Assembly (NCBI GenBank): GCA_963703035.1
Contig: OY969780.1
Location: forward strand, 969,644-1,033,643
DNA from: an uncultured Acidobacteriaceae bacterium
GTDB taxonomy: Bacteria; Acidobacteriota; Terriglobia; Bryobacterales; Bryobacteraceae
DNA: 64,000 nucleotides
Reading direction: 5' to 3'
Each line of letters starts with the position of its first letter. Position 1 is the first letter of the stretch. The notes beneath the pieces were generated by a model. That model was not told the DNA's origin. It ran no database searches and saw nothing but the letters and a program-made list of their open reading frames with translations. The translations under genes and the position numbers were made by a program. Of the stretch, positions 47,411-57,562 are shown piece after piece.

Positions 47411-48243
47411 AGGCCCATGGTCATCAGCGTCATGGGATGAGCGATTCGGAGCCCGTTCTCGAGGTACCAACGGAGCAACTCTGTATTGCGCGAGGGGATG
47501 ATGATGCCGGGCCCCTCGAAAGCGCCGGCCGCGGCAATTAGAGCCTGCAGGTCGAGATTTGACTCTGCGACTGCATGCCCGAAGTAGCCGAAGGCAGAAG
47601 CATAGCCTGTAATTCGGCCATGCCGCTCTACGACAAAAGCTGTACCCTGAGCGATTCCGTCGCGCAGTTCGCCAGAGCGGGTGTGGCCGTGCACGCGCTC
47701 GCATACGTGATCCGCGGAGCCGAGGTCGGCTTCTGTTGCGGGGCGTACGCTACAGCCTTCGATGGTCTTTTTGAGAGGATCGCCGTTCATCACGGACATG
47801 GGTTCGCGTACCTGGAAACCGAGTTTTGTATAAAGCGATAGCGAGCGGTTGTGATACGCGGCCTGCAGCAGGCGAACTCCGGGGAACGCACGCTGCCGGG
47901 CGCGTTCGATGACGGCTTCCATGAGGATGCGTCCAATGCTCCGGTTCTGAACGTCGGGCGCGACCGTAATGGGGCCGACGCCTGCGATAGCGGAGCGCTC
48001 GTCGAGGCAGTTGCTGCCCACCAAGCGGCCATCAGATTCCGCGACTACGCAGTAAAATCCGGGATGGGAAAATAGCATCCCGAGTATGCCAATTCCGGCT
48101 TCGGGCGATGGAAGTTCGACGCCGAAAGCGTGTTTGGTGCTGATGCTCGCGAAAGCGTTGTAGCAAATCGTTCCACAGAGGGCCGCGTCTTCCGGTGTCG
48201 CGCGGCGAATTTGAACGGGCAAATGCAAACCTGGAGTTGACAT
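47365..48243 (-). CDS. GNAT family N-acetyltransferase
   Basis: IRRATPEDA and the acetyl-CoA motif RSIGRILMEAVIERAR. The start is set at ATG 48243. Confidence 0.8.
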   Translation of the reverse strand: MSTPGLHLPVQIRRATPEDAALCGTICYNAFASISTKHAFGVELPSPEAGIGILGMLFSHPGFYCVVAESDGRLVGSNCLDERSAIAGVGPITVAPDVQNRSIGRILMEAVIERARQRAFPGVRLLQAAYHNRSLSLYTKLGFQVREPMSVMNGDPLKKTIEGCSVRPATEADLGSADHVCERVHGHTRSGELRDGIAQGTAFVVERHGRITGYASAFGYFGHAVAESNLDLQALIAAAGAFEGPGIIIPSRNTELLRWYLENGLRIAHPMTLMTMGLYNEPAGAYFSSILY

Positions 48244-48374
48244 ATCCTGATGTAGATGCGAGACGGAAATCGCGGGATTAATTGTAACGCGGCGCGCGCA
48301 AGATTTCACAGGCAAAATGTCAGGGGCGTACAATTCTGAGGGGAGAGTTTTCTTCCATCGGAGGTCTCTGAGCG

Positions 48375-48689
48375 ATGTGCTTGGCGATACCAGCTAGATT
48401 GATCGAGACGCCATCTGTTGAGGACGATCGAGCGTTGGTCGAAGTAGCTGGCGTGAAGCGGCACATCAATACGGGCCTGCTGCAAGATGACCCCCCGAGC
48501 ATCGGCGACTGGGTTTTGGTCCACGTCGGATTTGCGATGAGCAAGATCAGTGAAGAACAAGCTCTCGATCAACTACAGACGCTGTCAAAATTAGGAGAGG
48601 TGCAGGCCGCTATGGAAGAGGTGCGGGGCTACGGCTCCGCTGATTTCGAGTTTGGCGACGCTGGATCTGTTACAGGAAACGGATCTTAA
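48375..48689 (+). CDS. hypC: Hydrogenase assembly chaperone HypC/HupF family
   Basis: Invariant N-terminus MCLAIPARLIE. Confidence 0.92.
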   Translation: MCLAIPARLIETPSVEDDRALVEVAGVKRHINTGLLQDDPPSIGDWVLVHVGFAMSKISEEQALDQLQTLSKLGEVQAAMEEVRGYGSADFEFGDAGSVTGNGS

Positions 48690-48698
48690 GGGGAGCCG

Positions 48699-49826
48699 AT
48701 GAAATATGTTGATGAGTTCCGCGAAGCTGGGGTAATCAACAAAGCAGCTGAAGAAATTCGGCGTCTGGCAGATCCGGGCCGCCATTACCGATTTATGGAA
48801 GTGTGCGGGGGCCATACGCATGCCATTTACCGCTTCGGCCTCAAAGATCTTCTACCGCCGAATATCGAGCTCATTCATGGTCCCGGCTGCCCAGTGTGCG
48901 TTCTTCCGATGGGGCGAATTGATGACGGCCTCTCGGTAGCCAGAGACCCAAACGTCGTCTTCACGGCTTTCGGCGACATGATGCGCGTACCCGGCACGCA
49001 CGGGAGTCCGCTGGAACACAAGGCACGCGGAATGGATGTGCGAATCGTGTACTCGCCTTCCGACGCTTTGAAGCTGGCGCAGAAGAATCCCGATAAGCAC
49101 GTGCTCTTTTTCGCCATTGGTTTCGAAACAACCGCTCCTTCGACCGCGCTCACTCTGATTCGAGCAAAGAGCCTCGGCCTGCAGAATTTTTCGGTTTTCT
49201 GTAATCACGTCACGATCATTCCGGGCATACGCGCTATTCTCGATTCGCCCGACATGCGCATTGACGCGTTCATCGGACCCGGGCACGTTTCCACTGTGAT
49301 CGGTTGCCGACCCTATGAGTGGGTAGCGGCTCGCGAGCACAAGCCCATCGTTGTATCAGGTTTCGAGCCTGTCGATATCTTGCAGTCCATTGTCATGCTT
49401 CTCCGGCAACTGAACGCAGGCGACACGAAAGTGGAGAACCAATACGCGCGCGTCGTGCCTTGGGAAGGAAATCGTGCCGCACTGAAAGCCATGGCAGAGG
49501 TTTTCGAACTGCGGCCCTACTTCGAATGGCGCGGCATGGGCTTTATTTCGCAGTCGGCTTTAAAGATTCGAGCCAGCTACGCTGCCTGGGATTCCGAACA
49601 GCGCTTTTCGGTTCCCGGCGTTCGCGTCACCGATCCAAAAGCCGCGCAATGTGGTGAAGTGCTCAAAGGCGCTCTGAAACCCGTTCACTGCAAACTGTTC
49701 GGAAAAGAATGCACGCCTGAGCATCCCATCGGCGCTCTCATGGTCTCCTCCGAAGGCTCTTGTGCCGCTTACTACAATTACGAACACCGTAAGACGCCCT
49801 TGACGAGTATCGCTGTGCCTGCCTGA
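48699..49826 (+). CDS. hypD: Hydrogenase maturation protein HypD
   Basis: MKYVDEFR, GPGCPVCV, GFETTAPS and GPGHVS. Confidence 0.95.
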   Translation: MKYVDEFREAGVINKAAEEIRRLADPGRHYRFMEVCGGHTHAIYRFGLKDLLPPNIELIHGPGCPVCVLPMGRIDDGLSVARDPNVVFTAFGDMMRVPGTHGSPLEHKARGMDVRIVYSPSDALKLAQKNPDKHVLFFAIGFETTAPSTALTLIRAKSLGLQNFSVFCNHVTIIPGIRAILDSPDMRIDAFIGPGHVSTVIGCRPYEWVAAREHKPIVVSGFEPVDILQSIVMLLRQLNAGDTKVENQYARVVPWEGNRAALKAMAEVFELRPYFEWRGMGFISQSALKIRASYAAWDSEQRFSVPGVRVTDPKAAQCGEVLKGALKPVHCKLFGKECTPEHPIGALMVSSEGSCAAYYNYEHRKTPLTSIAVPA

Positions 49827-49833
49827 GCCGATC

Positions 49834-50874
49834 ATGAGCACGGCGCCTCCGAAGATTCGCTTCCGCGATCCTCAAATCGAGATGGCGCATGGCGCCGGGG
49901 GCAAGGCAAGCCGTAGATTGATTGAAGGCCTGTTCGCTCCTCTCCTATTCGGCACACGCTCCGAGCCGTTGGGCGACGCCGCGCATGTCCGCGTCAACGG
50001 GTCAAACGTAGTCATCACCACGGACAGTTTCGTAGTCAAGCCGCTTCGTTTCCCAGGTGGCTCAATCGGTGAGCTTGCGGTCAACGGAACGGTGAATGAC
50101 CTCGCCGTCTCCGGCGCTGCTGCGGAGATCCTTGTAGTCACCTACGTCCTCGAAGCCGGCTTGGGAACCGAGGCACTTGAAGCCGAAGTCCGCGCCATGG
50201 CGCAAGCTGCGGAACGGGCCGGAGTTGCCATTGTGGGAGGCGATACCAAAGTAGTCGAGCATGGGAAAGCCGACCGCATGTATATCACAACGGCCGGAGT
50301 TGGGCGGCCCATTCCAAATCTGACGCTTAGACCCGATAGCGTTCGTCCCGGCGACAAAGTCGTGCTCACCGGCCCTGTTGGGGATCACGGGATCACGATC
50401 TTACTGGCACGAGGCGAACTCGACCTCGAAGGCGATATCTGCTCGGATACGAGATCCGTGCTTCCGCTCGTGCAAGCGCTGGCACGGGCAGCGGCCGCCG
50501 GAGTTCGATGGATGCGTGATCCAACTCGCGGTGGAGTGGCAACGTGTCTAAATGAGCTGGCTCGCGATTGCGATCTATGCGTCACGATCTTCGAAGAGGA
50601 TGTCCCGGTCCGCGATACCGTTCGTGGCGCGTGCGAGCTACTCGGTTTGGATCCGCTGCACATCGCCAATGAGGGCCAATTCCTCGCGATCGTGGCGCCC
50701 GAACACGCTGAAACTGCACTCAGCGCACTGCGAGCGACACCGGGAGGCGGCGAAACCGTAATCATCGGCGAAGTTCGAGAGCAGCCCTCAGGCACCGTGT
50801 TGGGCCGGACCGCATATGGTGGAACACGCGTAATCGACATGTTAGTCGGCGATCCGTTGCCGAGGATTTGTTGA
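49834..50874 (+). CDS. hypE: Hydrogenase maturation protein HypE
   Basis: AIR-synthase-like fold motifs (HGAGG) and the C-terminal PRIC thiocyanation motif. Confidence 0.95.
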   Translation: MSTAPPKIRFRDPQIEMAHGAGGKASRRLIEGLFAPLLFGTRSEPLGDAAHVRVNGSNVVITTDSFVVKPLRFPGGSIGELAVNGTVNDLAVSGAAAEILVVTYVLEAGLGTEALEAEVRAMAQAAERAGVAIVGGDTKVVEHGKADRMYITTAGVGRPIPNLTLRPDSVRPGDKVVLTGPVGDHGITILLARGELDLEGDICSDTRSVLPLVQALARAAAAGVRWMRDPTRGGVATCLNELARDCDLCVTIFEEDVPVRDTVRGACELLGLDPLHIANEGQFLAIVAPEHAETALSALRATPGGGETVIIGEVREQPSGTVLGRTAYGGTRVIDMLVGDPLPRIC

Positions 50875-50876
50875 CC

Positions 50877-52064
50877 ATGCCGTCCACCACAACTGAACTC
50901 GCCCGCCACGTCGAAGAAGGCTGCGCCGAGCGGAACAAACTTTTTGAAAACTTCTTCGCCCGCGAGTCGGCGGCGCTTGCTGTTGCGTGTCGCGAGATGT
51001 CCGAACGTTTCTTAAAGGGAGGACGTTTACTTGCGTTCGGCAAAGGACCGTATGCAACCGATGCGCAACATGTGTCGGTTGAATTCGTTCATCCGGTAAT
51101 CGTCGGTAAGCGCGCCCTGCCCGCGCTCGATCTGTCGCCGCTATTTTCTCCGTGGCTGCGCGCAACTCTACAGCCGGAAGACATCGTGATGGGATTTGGT
51201 CCGCCGGACGGAGATGCCGAAGTTCAGGAATCCCTCAGAAGCGCGGCCACACGCGGCGCCATGACCTTCGCGCTGCCTGGCGTGGGAGGCTTCTACGCAT
51301 TGGAAACGCCAACGCAGGATCCGTTCATACATCAGGAACTGGTCGAGATGCTGTATCACACGCTATGGGAAACCGTGCATGTCTTCTTCGAGCACCGTGA
51401 GCTCGGACTCGACGTCGGAGAGGCCGGGTTTCTCTATCCGTTCTTGGGCCAAGACAAGCAGGAAACCGATACCGTACTCGACGATGTCGCGAGCTCGATC
51501 ATACGAAAGGTCCGCGATGATGCGATCCTTCGCGAGCAGGTCGCAAGAGAAGAATCGGATCGGATTGGGAATGCGGCGCTCGCGATCGGCGAGCGAGTAC
51601 GCCGCGGCGGCAAATTGATTCTGTTCGGGAACGGCGGATCCGCAACCGACGCAAATGATTGGACAATCGATTGCATCGCGCCGCCGGCCGGCTACCATCC
51701 CATTTCCGCTGTATCGCTGTCTTTCGAGCCCGCGAACATTACTGCAGTCGCCAATGACGTCGGCACGGAACTCATCTTCTTACGCCAGTTGATCGCGCAA
51801 GCTCGCCCCGAGGATGTCGCGATCGGCATCTCCACCAGTGGCGGTTCGAAGAACGTCATTCTCGCGCTCGAAGAAGCACGCAAGCGTGGCCTGCTCACGG
51901 CCGCTTTGTTGGGATATGACGGGGGAGAGATCGTGCGCCGCGGCCTCGCGGACCATCCGCTCGTGGTCCGTTCCGATTACATCCCCCGCATCCAGGAAGT
52001 GCAGGCGTTCATGTATCACACCCTCCGTGAACTGCTGGAGACGACCGCGTATGGCGGCCTTTGA
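50877..52064 (+). CDS. Tandem SIS-domain protein (GmhA/phosphoheptose-isomerase-like x2)
   Basis: Two SIS-like halves: GGRLLAFGKGPYATDAQHVSVEF, and GGKLILFGNGGSATDANDWTIDC plus ISTSGGSKNV. The ATG lies 3 nt after the hypE stop. Confidence 0.75.
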   Translation: MPSTTTELARHVEEGCAERNKLFENFFARESAALAVACREMSERFLKGGRLLAFGKGPYATDAQHVSVEFVHPVIVGKRALPALDLSPLFSPWLRATLQPEDIVMGFGPPDGDAEVQESLRSAATRGAMTFALPGVGGFYALETPTQDPFIHQELVEMLYHTLWETVHVFFEHRELGLDVGEAGFLYPFLGQDKQETDTVLDDVASSIIRKVRDDAILREQVAREESDRIGNAALAIGERVRRGGKLILFGNGGSATDANDWTIDCIAPPAGYHPISAVSLSFEPANITAVANDVGTELIFLRQLIAQARPEDVAIGISTSGGSKNVILALEEARKRGLLTAALLGYDGGEIVRRGLADHPLVVRSDYIPRIQEVQAFMYHTLRELLETTAYGGL

Positions 52065-52293
52065 ACTTTTCGGAACCGCGAGCTGTCCATTTACGCAAGA
52101 AGTCCGTGATTGGCTGGATTGGAAGGGGCGCGATTTTATCGAATTCGATGTCGAGGCCGACCCGGAAGCTTTGCAGAGGATGCAAACTTTAACGGGCGGG
52201 CAACGAACCGTACCCGTTCTTGTCGAAAACGGCAAGGTGGTTCAGATCGGGTGGCAGGGCCGCGGCTGCGTAGTGAAAACAGATTCTGCCTGA
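52051..52293 (+). CDS. Glutaredoxin-like small protein, 80 aa
   Basis: MAAFELFGTASCPFTQEVRDWL...QRTVPVLVENGKVV has a thioredoxin-fold pattern with a single Cys in CPFT. It overlaps the SIS gene by 14 nt and hypF by 1 nt (TGATG). It is hidden inside a longer ORF-track entry (51814..52293). Confidence 0.7.
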   Translation: MAAFELFGTASCPFTQEVRDWLDWKGRDFIEFDVEADPEALQRMQTLTGGQRTVPVLVENGKVVQIGWQGRGCVVKTDSA

Positions 52294-54551
52294 TGACCGC
52301 GTTCGCCATCTGCGTGAGTGGCGTCGTGCAAGGCGTGGGCTTTCGTCCTTTCGTGTACCGGCTGGCGCGGGACCACAATCTCCGCGGTTGGGTCTTAAAT
52401 CACGAAAATGGCGTAACGATTCACGTCGAAGGTTGCCAAACCAGCGTTGAGAGTTTTATCACGGCACTGAAGAGCGAGGCTCCACCCGCGGCTCAAATCA
52501 GCTCGCTCGAAATCCGGGAAATCCAACCGGCAGGGTTCTCCGAATTCGTCATTCGCGAGAGTGAGCGTTCGCGTTCGCCTTCGACTCGTATCTCACCTGA
52601 TCTGCCGGTTTGCGACGACTGCTTGGCTGAGTTGTTCGATCCGGGGAACCCAAGACATTTATACCCATACATCAATTGCACGAACTGCGGACCGCGCTTT
52701 AGTGTTATCGAGAGTCTTCCCTACGATCGCTCCGGGACGACGATGAGCAGTTGGCCTATGGATGCGTTGTGCGCCCGGCAATATCACGATCCGCTTGATC
52801 GGCGCTTTCATGCGCAGCCGATCGCGTGTCCTGATTGCGGTCCACACTATTTCTTCGAAGATTCTTGCCGGAAAGTGACCGGGGATGCGGAAAGCATAGC
52901 CGCGGCGGTCGAACTGCTCTGTGCGGGAGGCATCCTCGCTGTCAAGGGTATCGGCGGATATCATCTCGCCTGCGACGCCCGAAACGAAAAAGCAGTTCAC
53001 GCACTCCGCGAACGAAAATTCCGCAAACAGAAGCCGTTTGCCGTCATGGCAAGCAACATCGATGTGGCTGGCGCGCTCGTCGATCTCTCGACAGAGAGCG
53101 AAGAACTTCTGCGTTCACAAGCACGGCCGGTTGTTCTTGCACCTGCAACGATCGAACTCGTCGGCGTTGCGGCCGGAAATCATGAGCTCGGAGTCATGCT
53201 TCCGTATGCGCCGCTGCATCATCTGGTGTTCGCCGCGGGTGCGCCCGAAGTGCTGGTCATGACCAGCGCAAACCGGTCTAGTGAGCCGATCGCCTACCGC
53301 GATGAAGACGCGCGCGAGCACTTGTTGGGCATTGCAGACGCGTTCCTGATCGGCGAGCGTCCCATCGCTCGCCGCGTCGACGATTCGGTAGCTCGCGCCG
53401 GAACATTGGGGCCGATGATTCTACGCCGATCCCGCGGCTACGCGCCAGGAGCGGTCACCACGCTTCCCGGCACCGAGCCGATGCTGGCGCTGGGTGCGGA
53501 TCTTAAAAACACGATCACGCTGGTAGTCGGCGGCCAAGCTTTCGTCAGTCAACATATCGGCGATCTGGATCAGCACCAGTCCCTTGCAGCGTTCGAGGAG
53601 ACGATCCGCGACTTGACGGCCATGTACAAACTGGACATGTCCGATCTCACGATCGTGCACGATAGCCATCCCGAGTACGTTTCTACGCTTCATGCGCTCG
53701 AGCTTCGAGGCCGCAGCCGATACGCTGTCCAGCATCACCGCGCGCACATAGCCTCCGTACTGGCGGAGAGACAATGTTGGGACCGGCGCGCCGTCGGGGT
53801 CAGCTTTGACGGAACCGGGTATGGAGACGATGGAAGCATCTGGGGAGGTGAGTTCTTCACCGGTAGCATGGAAGCCGGGTGGACGCGGGCACTTCACCTT
53901 CGCAATGCGCGGCTGCCGGGAGGCGATGCCGCGGCCCGCTCTCCAGTGCAATGCGCAGCAGGGTTTCTGACCGAAATAGAGGGATGTCCTGACCTGCTCG
54001 AGGCGCCGTTCGATTTCCCACGCCGCTACCGCAACTCTCTGCAGCTCATGGCCAAACAAATGCGCACCTTCGAGACTTCGTCCATGGGCCGGCTGTTTGA
54101 TACGGTTGCGGCGCTTTTGGGCTTCACGCGCGAGATCACGTTCGAAGGTCAAGCCGCGATATGGCTTGAGCAGATGGCGTTGAACGCTCCCCGGTCGTCC
54201 TGTTATCCGTTCCCGCTCGTGGATAGAACGTTGGACTATCGCCCCCTGCTCTCAGCGATTCTTACAGACCGGGTTCGTGGAAGTGACCCCGCCGGAATCG
54301 CGCGCCGCTTCCACGCCGCGATCGCTCATAGTACTTGGCAAGCGGTTCAGCAACTGTGTGAAGCGAACTCGATCAATTTAGTTGTGTTGTCCGGAGGTGT
54401 TTTTCAAAACCAGCTGCTGCTGGCGGAGATCGCCCGTTGCGCAGAACGGAGCCGTATTGAGATCTGGACAAACAGAACCGTGCCTCCGAACGACGGCGGC
54501 ATCAGTCTCGGTCAGGCAGCATCGGCGACGATTTCTGCAGCGTGCGGTTAA
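52293..54551 (+). CDS. hypF: Carbamoyltransferase HypF
   Basis: Acylphosphatase domain GVVQGVGFRPFVYRLA, zinc fingers CDDCLAEL...NCTNCGPRF...CPDCGP, and YrdC- and Kae1-like domains. The start is set at ATG 52293. Confidence 0.95.
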   Translation: MTAFAICVSGVVQGVGFRPFVYRLARDHNLRGWVLNHENGVTIHVEGCQTSVESFITALKSEAPPAAQISSLEIREIQPAGFSEFVIRESERSRSPSTRISPDLPVCDDCLAELFDPGNPRHLYPYINCTNCGPRFSVIESLPYDRSGTTMSSWPMDALCARQYHDPLDRRFHAQPIACPDCGPHYFFEDSCRKVTGDAESIAAAVELLCAGGILAVKGIGGYHLACDARNEKAVHALRERKFRKQKPFAVMASNIDVAGALVDLSTESEELLRSQARPVVLAPATIELVGVAAGNHELGVMLPYAPLHHLVFAAGAPEVLVMTSANRSSEPIAYRDEDAREHLLGIADAFLIGERPIARRVDDSVARAGTLGPMILRRSRGYAPGAVTTLPGTEPMLALGADLKNTITLVVGGQAFVSQHIGDLDQHQSLAAFEETIRDLTAMYKLDMSDLTIVHDSHPEYVSTLHALELRGRSRYAVQHHRAHIASVLAERQCWDRRAVGVSFDGTGYGDDGSIWGGEFFTGSMEAGWTRALHLRNARLPGGDAAARSPVQCAAGFLTEIEGCPDLLEAPFDFPRRYRNSLQLMAKQMRTFETSSMGRLFDTVAALLGFTREITFEGQAAIWLEQMALNAPRSSCYPFPLVDRTLDYRPLLSAILTDRVRGSDPAGIARRFHAAIAHSTWQAVQQLCEANSINLVVLSGGVFQNQLLLAEIARCAERSRIEIWTNRTVPPNDGGISLGQAASATISAACG

Positions 54552-54673
54552 CCGATTCAACCCGGTTGCTGCAAAAAACTTCGTCTGCATTGTCGAAATT
54601 GTGATAAATTCTAGCTGCGAAGTAACGCAGTGTCTTGCGGCGCATCGTATTTGTAGCCGCAAAGAGGAGGCCC

Positions 54674-55738
54674 ATGTCAATGGCGACCACGTCACCCCCC
54701 CAGTCAACTCCGCGCAATACCGGCGTTTCAGAAGTTCACATCATCTGGTTAACAGCAGGCCTGAGCTGTGACGGCGACACCATCTCCGTGACGGCCGCAG
54801 AACAACCGAGCATTGAAGATATTTTGATGGGCGCCATACCTGGCCTGCCAAAGGTTCATCTCCACAATCCGGTATTGGCGATGGAAGTCGGAGACGACTT
54901 CATGAAGCACTTCTATCTAGCCGAAAAAGGCCAGCTGGACCCATTCGTTCTGGTCGTAGAAGGCTCAATCCCGAACGAGCGCATAAAGAGCGAAGGGTAT
55001 TGGGCTGCTCAAGGAACCGATTACAATACTGGCCAACCCATCACCACCTGTGAATGGATTGACCGGCTAGCGCCCAAGGCTTGGGGCGTGATCGCCTGCG
55101 GTACTTGTGCCACGTACGGCGGGATCCACGCGATGGCGGGCAATCCGACCGGTGCGATGGGCCTGACTGACTATCTCGGCAAATCGTTTCGCTCCGCCGG
55201 CGGCCTCCCTATCGTCAACGTACCAGGATGTCCGGTACAACCCGACAATATGATGGAGACGGTGTTGTACCTGCTCTATCAGGCTGCTGGACTGTCGCCT
55301 ATCATTCCGCTCGACGATCAGTTGCGGCCCACGTGGCTGTTCGGAAAGACCGTTCACGAAGGCTGCGACCGCGCCGGGTATTATGAGCAGGGCGATTTTG
55401 CACACGAGTATGGTTCGCCAAAATGTCTGGTCAAGATCGGATGTTGGGGACCTGTTGTTAACTGCAACGTCACCAAACGCGGCTGGATGCGCGGCATTGG
55501 CGGTTGTCCCAATGTAGGCGGTATCTGCATCGCTTGCACGATGCCCGGCTTTCCCGATAAGTTCATGCCTTTTATGGATCAACCCCCCGGCGCAACATTG
55601 TCTTCAACTGTGGCGGTTAGCTACGGGCGGGCAATGCGCGCGCTGCGATCCATCACCAACAACACAGCCAACAAGGAACCGAAATGGCGGCACACCGGGA
55701 CCACCTTGACTACTGGCTATCAACCCACAACATATTGA
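54674..55738 (+). CDS. hhyS: [NiFe]-hydrogenase small subunit, group 1h type, no Tat signal
   Basis: LSCDGD, GTCATYGG, PGCPVQPDN and CIACTMPGFPDKF. GAGGAGG lies upstream of the ATG at 54674. The N-terminus lacks an RRxF motif. Confidence 0.9.
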   Translation: MSMATTSPPQSTPRNTGVSEVHIIWLTAGLSCDGDTISVTAAEQPSIEDILMGAIPGLPKVHLHNPVLAMEVGDDFMKHFYLAEKGQLDPFVLVVEGSIPNERIKSEGYWAAQGTDYNTGQPITTCEWIDRLAPKAWGVIACGTCATYGGIHAMAGNPTGAMGLTDYLGKSFRSAGGLPIVNVPGCPVQPDNMMETVLYLLYQAAGLSPIIPLDDQLRPTWLFGKTVHEGCDRAGYYEQGDFAHEYGSPKCLVKIGCWGPVVNCNVTKRGWMRGIGGCPNVGGICIACTMPGFPDKFMPFMDQPPGATLSSTVAVSYGRAMRALRSITNNTANKEPKWRHTGTTLTTGYQPTTY

Positions 55739-55754
55739 GGAACGAGTAACTGAA

Positions 55755-57554
55755 ATGGCAACCGTAGCAGAACCCTTAACCGGCCAGGAACAGAGGAAGA
55801 GAAACCTAGTCGAGATGAACTGGGATCCGATCACTCGGATCGTCGGGAGTCTAGGCATCTTCACGAAAATCGATTTCGAGAACAAAGAGGTCGCCGAGTG
55901 TTACAGCACCTCCTCGATCTTTCGTGGGTACAGCATTTTCATGCAGGGTAAGGATCCTCGCGACGCTCCGTTCATCACGTCCCGGATCTGCGGCATTTGC
56001 GGCGACAATCACGCGACTTGCGCCGTTTACGCCGCCAACATGGCTTGCGGCATGGCTACGCCGGTCTTGGGGGATTGGATCATTAACTTGGGTGAAGCGG
56101 CCGAGTACATGTTCGACCACAATCTTTATCAGGACAATCTCGTTGGCGTCGATTTCTGCGAAGCAATGGTGAAGCAGACCAATCCCGGCGTGCTCTCCAA
56201 AGCCGAATCTACGATGTCGCCGAATAGCTCCAAGCACGGCTTTCGCACTATCGCGGACATCATGCGTTCACTCAACCCGTTCACGGGCGAGTTCTATCGT
56301 GAAGCCCTGGTGATGAGCCGCCTGACGCGCGAGATGTTCTGTCTCATGGAAGGCCGGCACGTTCACCCCTCCACGCTGTATCCCGGCGGGACTGGCACAG
56401 TGCCTACACCCCAGCTCTTCACCGATTACCTGGTCCGGCTCATGAAGTACGTCGAGTTCATGAAGAAGGTCGTCCCGATGCACGACGACCTGTTCGACTT
56501 CTTCTATGACGCGTTGCCCGGTTATGAAAAGGTCGGCCAGCGCCGTGTCCTCATGGGTTGCTGGGGAGCATTCAACGATCCAATCGCCTGCGACTACAAA
56601 TACGAGCACATGTCCGACTGGGGCCGGAAGATGTATGTGACGCCCAGTGTGATCGTCGATGGACAGATAGTGACCAATGACCTCGTCGATATTAACCTCA
56701 ACATGCGCATCCTGCTGGGCAGCTCGTATTACGACGACTGGGCACAAACGGGCGAGACTTTCGTAAAGACAGATCCACTTGGCAACCCGATCGACAAACG
56801 GCATCCTTGGAACCAGACCACTACTCCGAGGCCGCAGAAGCGCGATTTCAGGGAACACTATACCTGGGTCATGTCGCCGCGCTGGCTCGACAAGCGCACC
56901 GGAGATCATCTGGCATTGGACACCGGCGGCGGTCCGCTCCCGCGGCTATGGTCCACGGCCTTGAATGAGTTGGTCGATATCGGCTACATCAAATCGACCG
57001 GCCATAGCGTCCAGATCAACCTGCCGAAGACAGCTCTGCTCCCTGAGACGCAGTTCGAATGGAAGATCCCGCAGTGGAGCAACGCGATCGAACGCGATCG
57101 CGCTCGGACCTATTTCCAGGCGTACGCGGCCGCGGCGGCGCTGTATTTCGTGGAGAAGGCGCTCGAATGCGTGCGAAAAGGCGATACGAAAACGTGGGCA
57201 GACTTCAAGGTTCCCGACGAAGCCATTGGATGCGGATTCCATGAAGCCGTCCGCGGCGTGCTTTCGCACCACGTCGTCATTCGCGATCGGAAGATCGCCA
57301 ACTATCATCCCTATCCGCCGACACCGTGGAACGCCAGTCCTCGAGACAGTTACGGAACTCCGGGACCGTACGAAGACGCTATTCAGAACACGCCGATCTT
57401 CGAAGAAAACGGGCCCGAGAATTTCAAAGGCATCGATGTCATGCGCGCGGTCCGTAGCTTTGATCCATGCTTACCATGCGGCGTCCACATGTACCTGGGC
57501 AACGGCAAGGTTCTGAAAACCGAACATTCCTCGACCATGGGTTCGCACGCTTAG
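55755..57554 (+). CDS. hhyL: [NiFe]-hydrogenase large subunit, group 1h/5 (high-affinity type)
   Basis: L1 motif TSRICGICGDNH (55977-56012) and L2 motif SFDPCLPCGVH (57456-57488). Confidence 0.93.
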   Translation: MATVAEPLTGQEQRKRNLVEMNWDPITRIVGSLGIFTKIDFENKEVAECYSTSSIFRGYSIFMQGKDPRDAPFITSRICGICGDNHATCAVYAANMACGMATPVLGDWIINLGEAAEYMFDHNLYQDNLVGVDFCEAMVKQTNPGVLSKAESTMSPNSSKHGFRTIADIMRSLNPFTGEFYREALVMSRLTREMFCLMEGRHVHPSTLYPGGTGTVPTPQLFTDYLVRLMKYVEFMKKVVPMHDDLFDFFYDALPGYEKVGQRRVLMGCWGAFNDPIACDYKYEHMSDWGRKMYVTPSVIVDGQIVTNDLVDINLNMRILLGSSYYDDWAQTGETFVKTDPLGNPIDKRHPWNQTTTPRPQKRDFREHYTWVMSPRWLDKRTGDHLALDTGGGPLPRLWSTALNELVDIGYIKSTGHSVQINLPKTALLPETQFEWKIPQWSNAIERDRARTYFQAYAAAAALYFVEKALECVRKGDTKTWADFKVPDEAIGCGFHEAVRGVLSHHVVIRDRKIANYHPYPPTPWNASPRDSYGTPGPYEDAIQNTPIFEENGPENFKGIDVMRAVRSFDPCLPCGVHMYLGNGKVLKTEHSSTMGSHA

Positions 57555-57562
57555 GAGATTCC

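Noticed and set aside
53421-54152. 243-aa minus-strand ORF inside hypF, and 171- and 213-aa minus-strand ORFs inside hhyS/hhyL (55067-55582, 56268-56909)
   Set aside because: They are antisense to genes with unambiguous signatures and have no motifs of their own.
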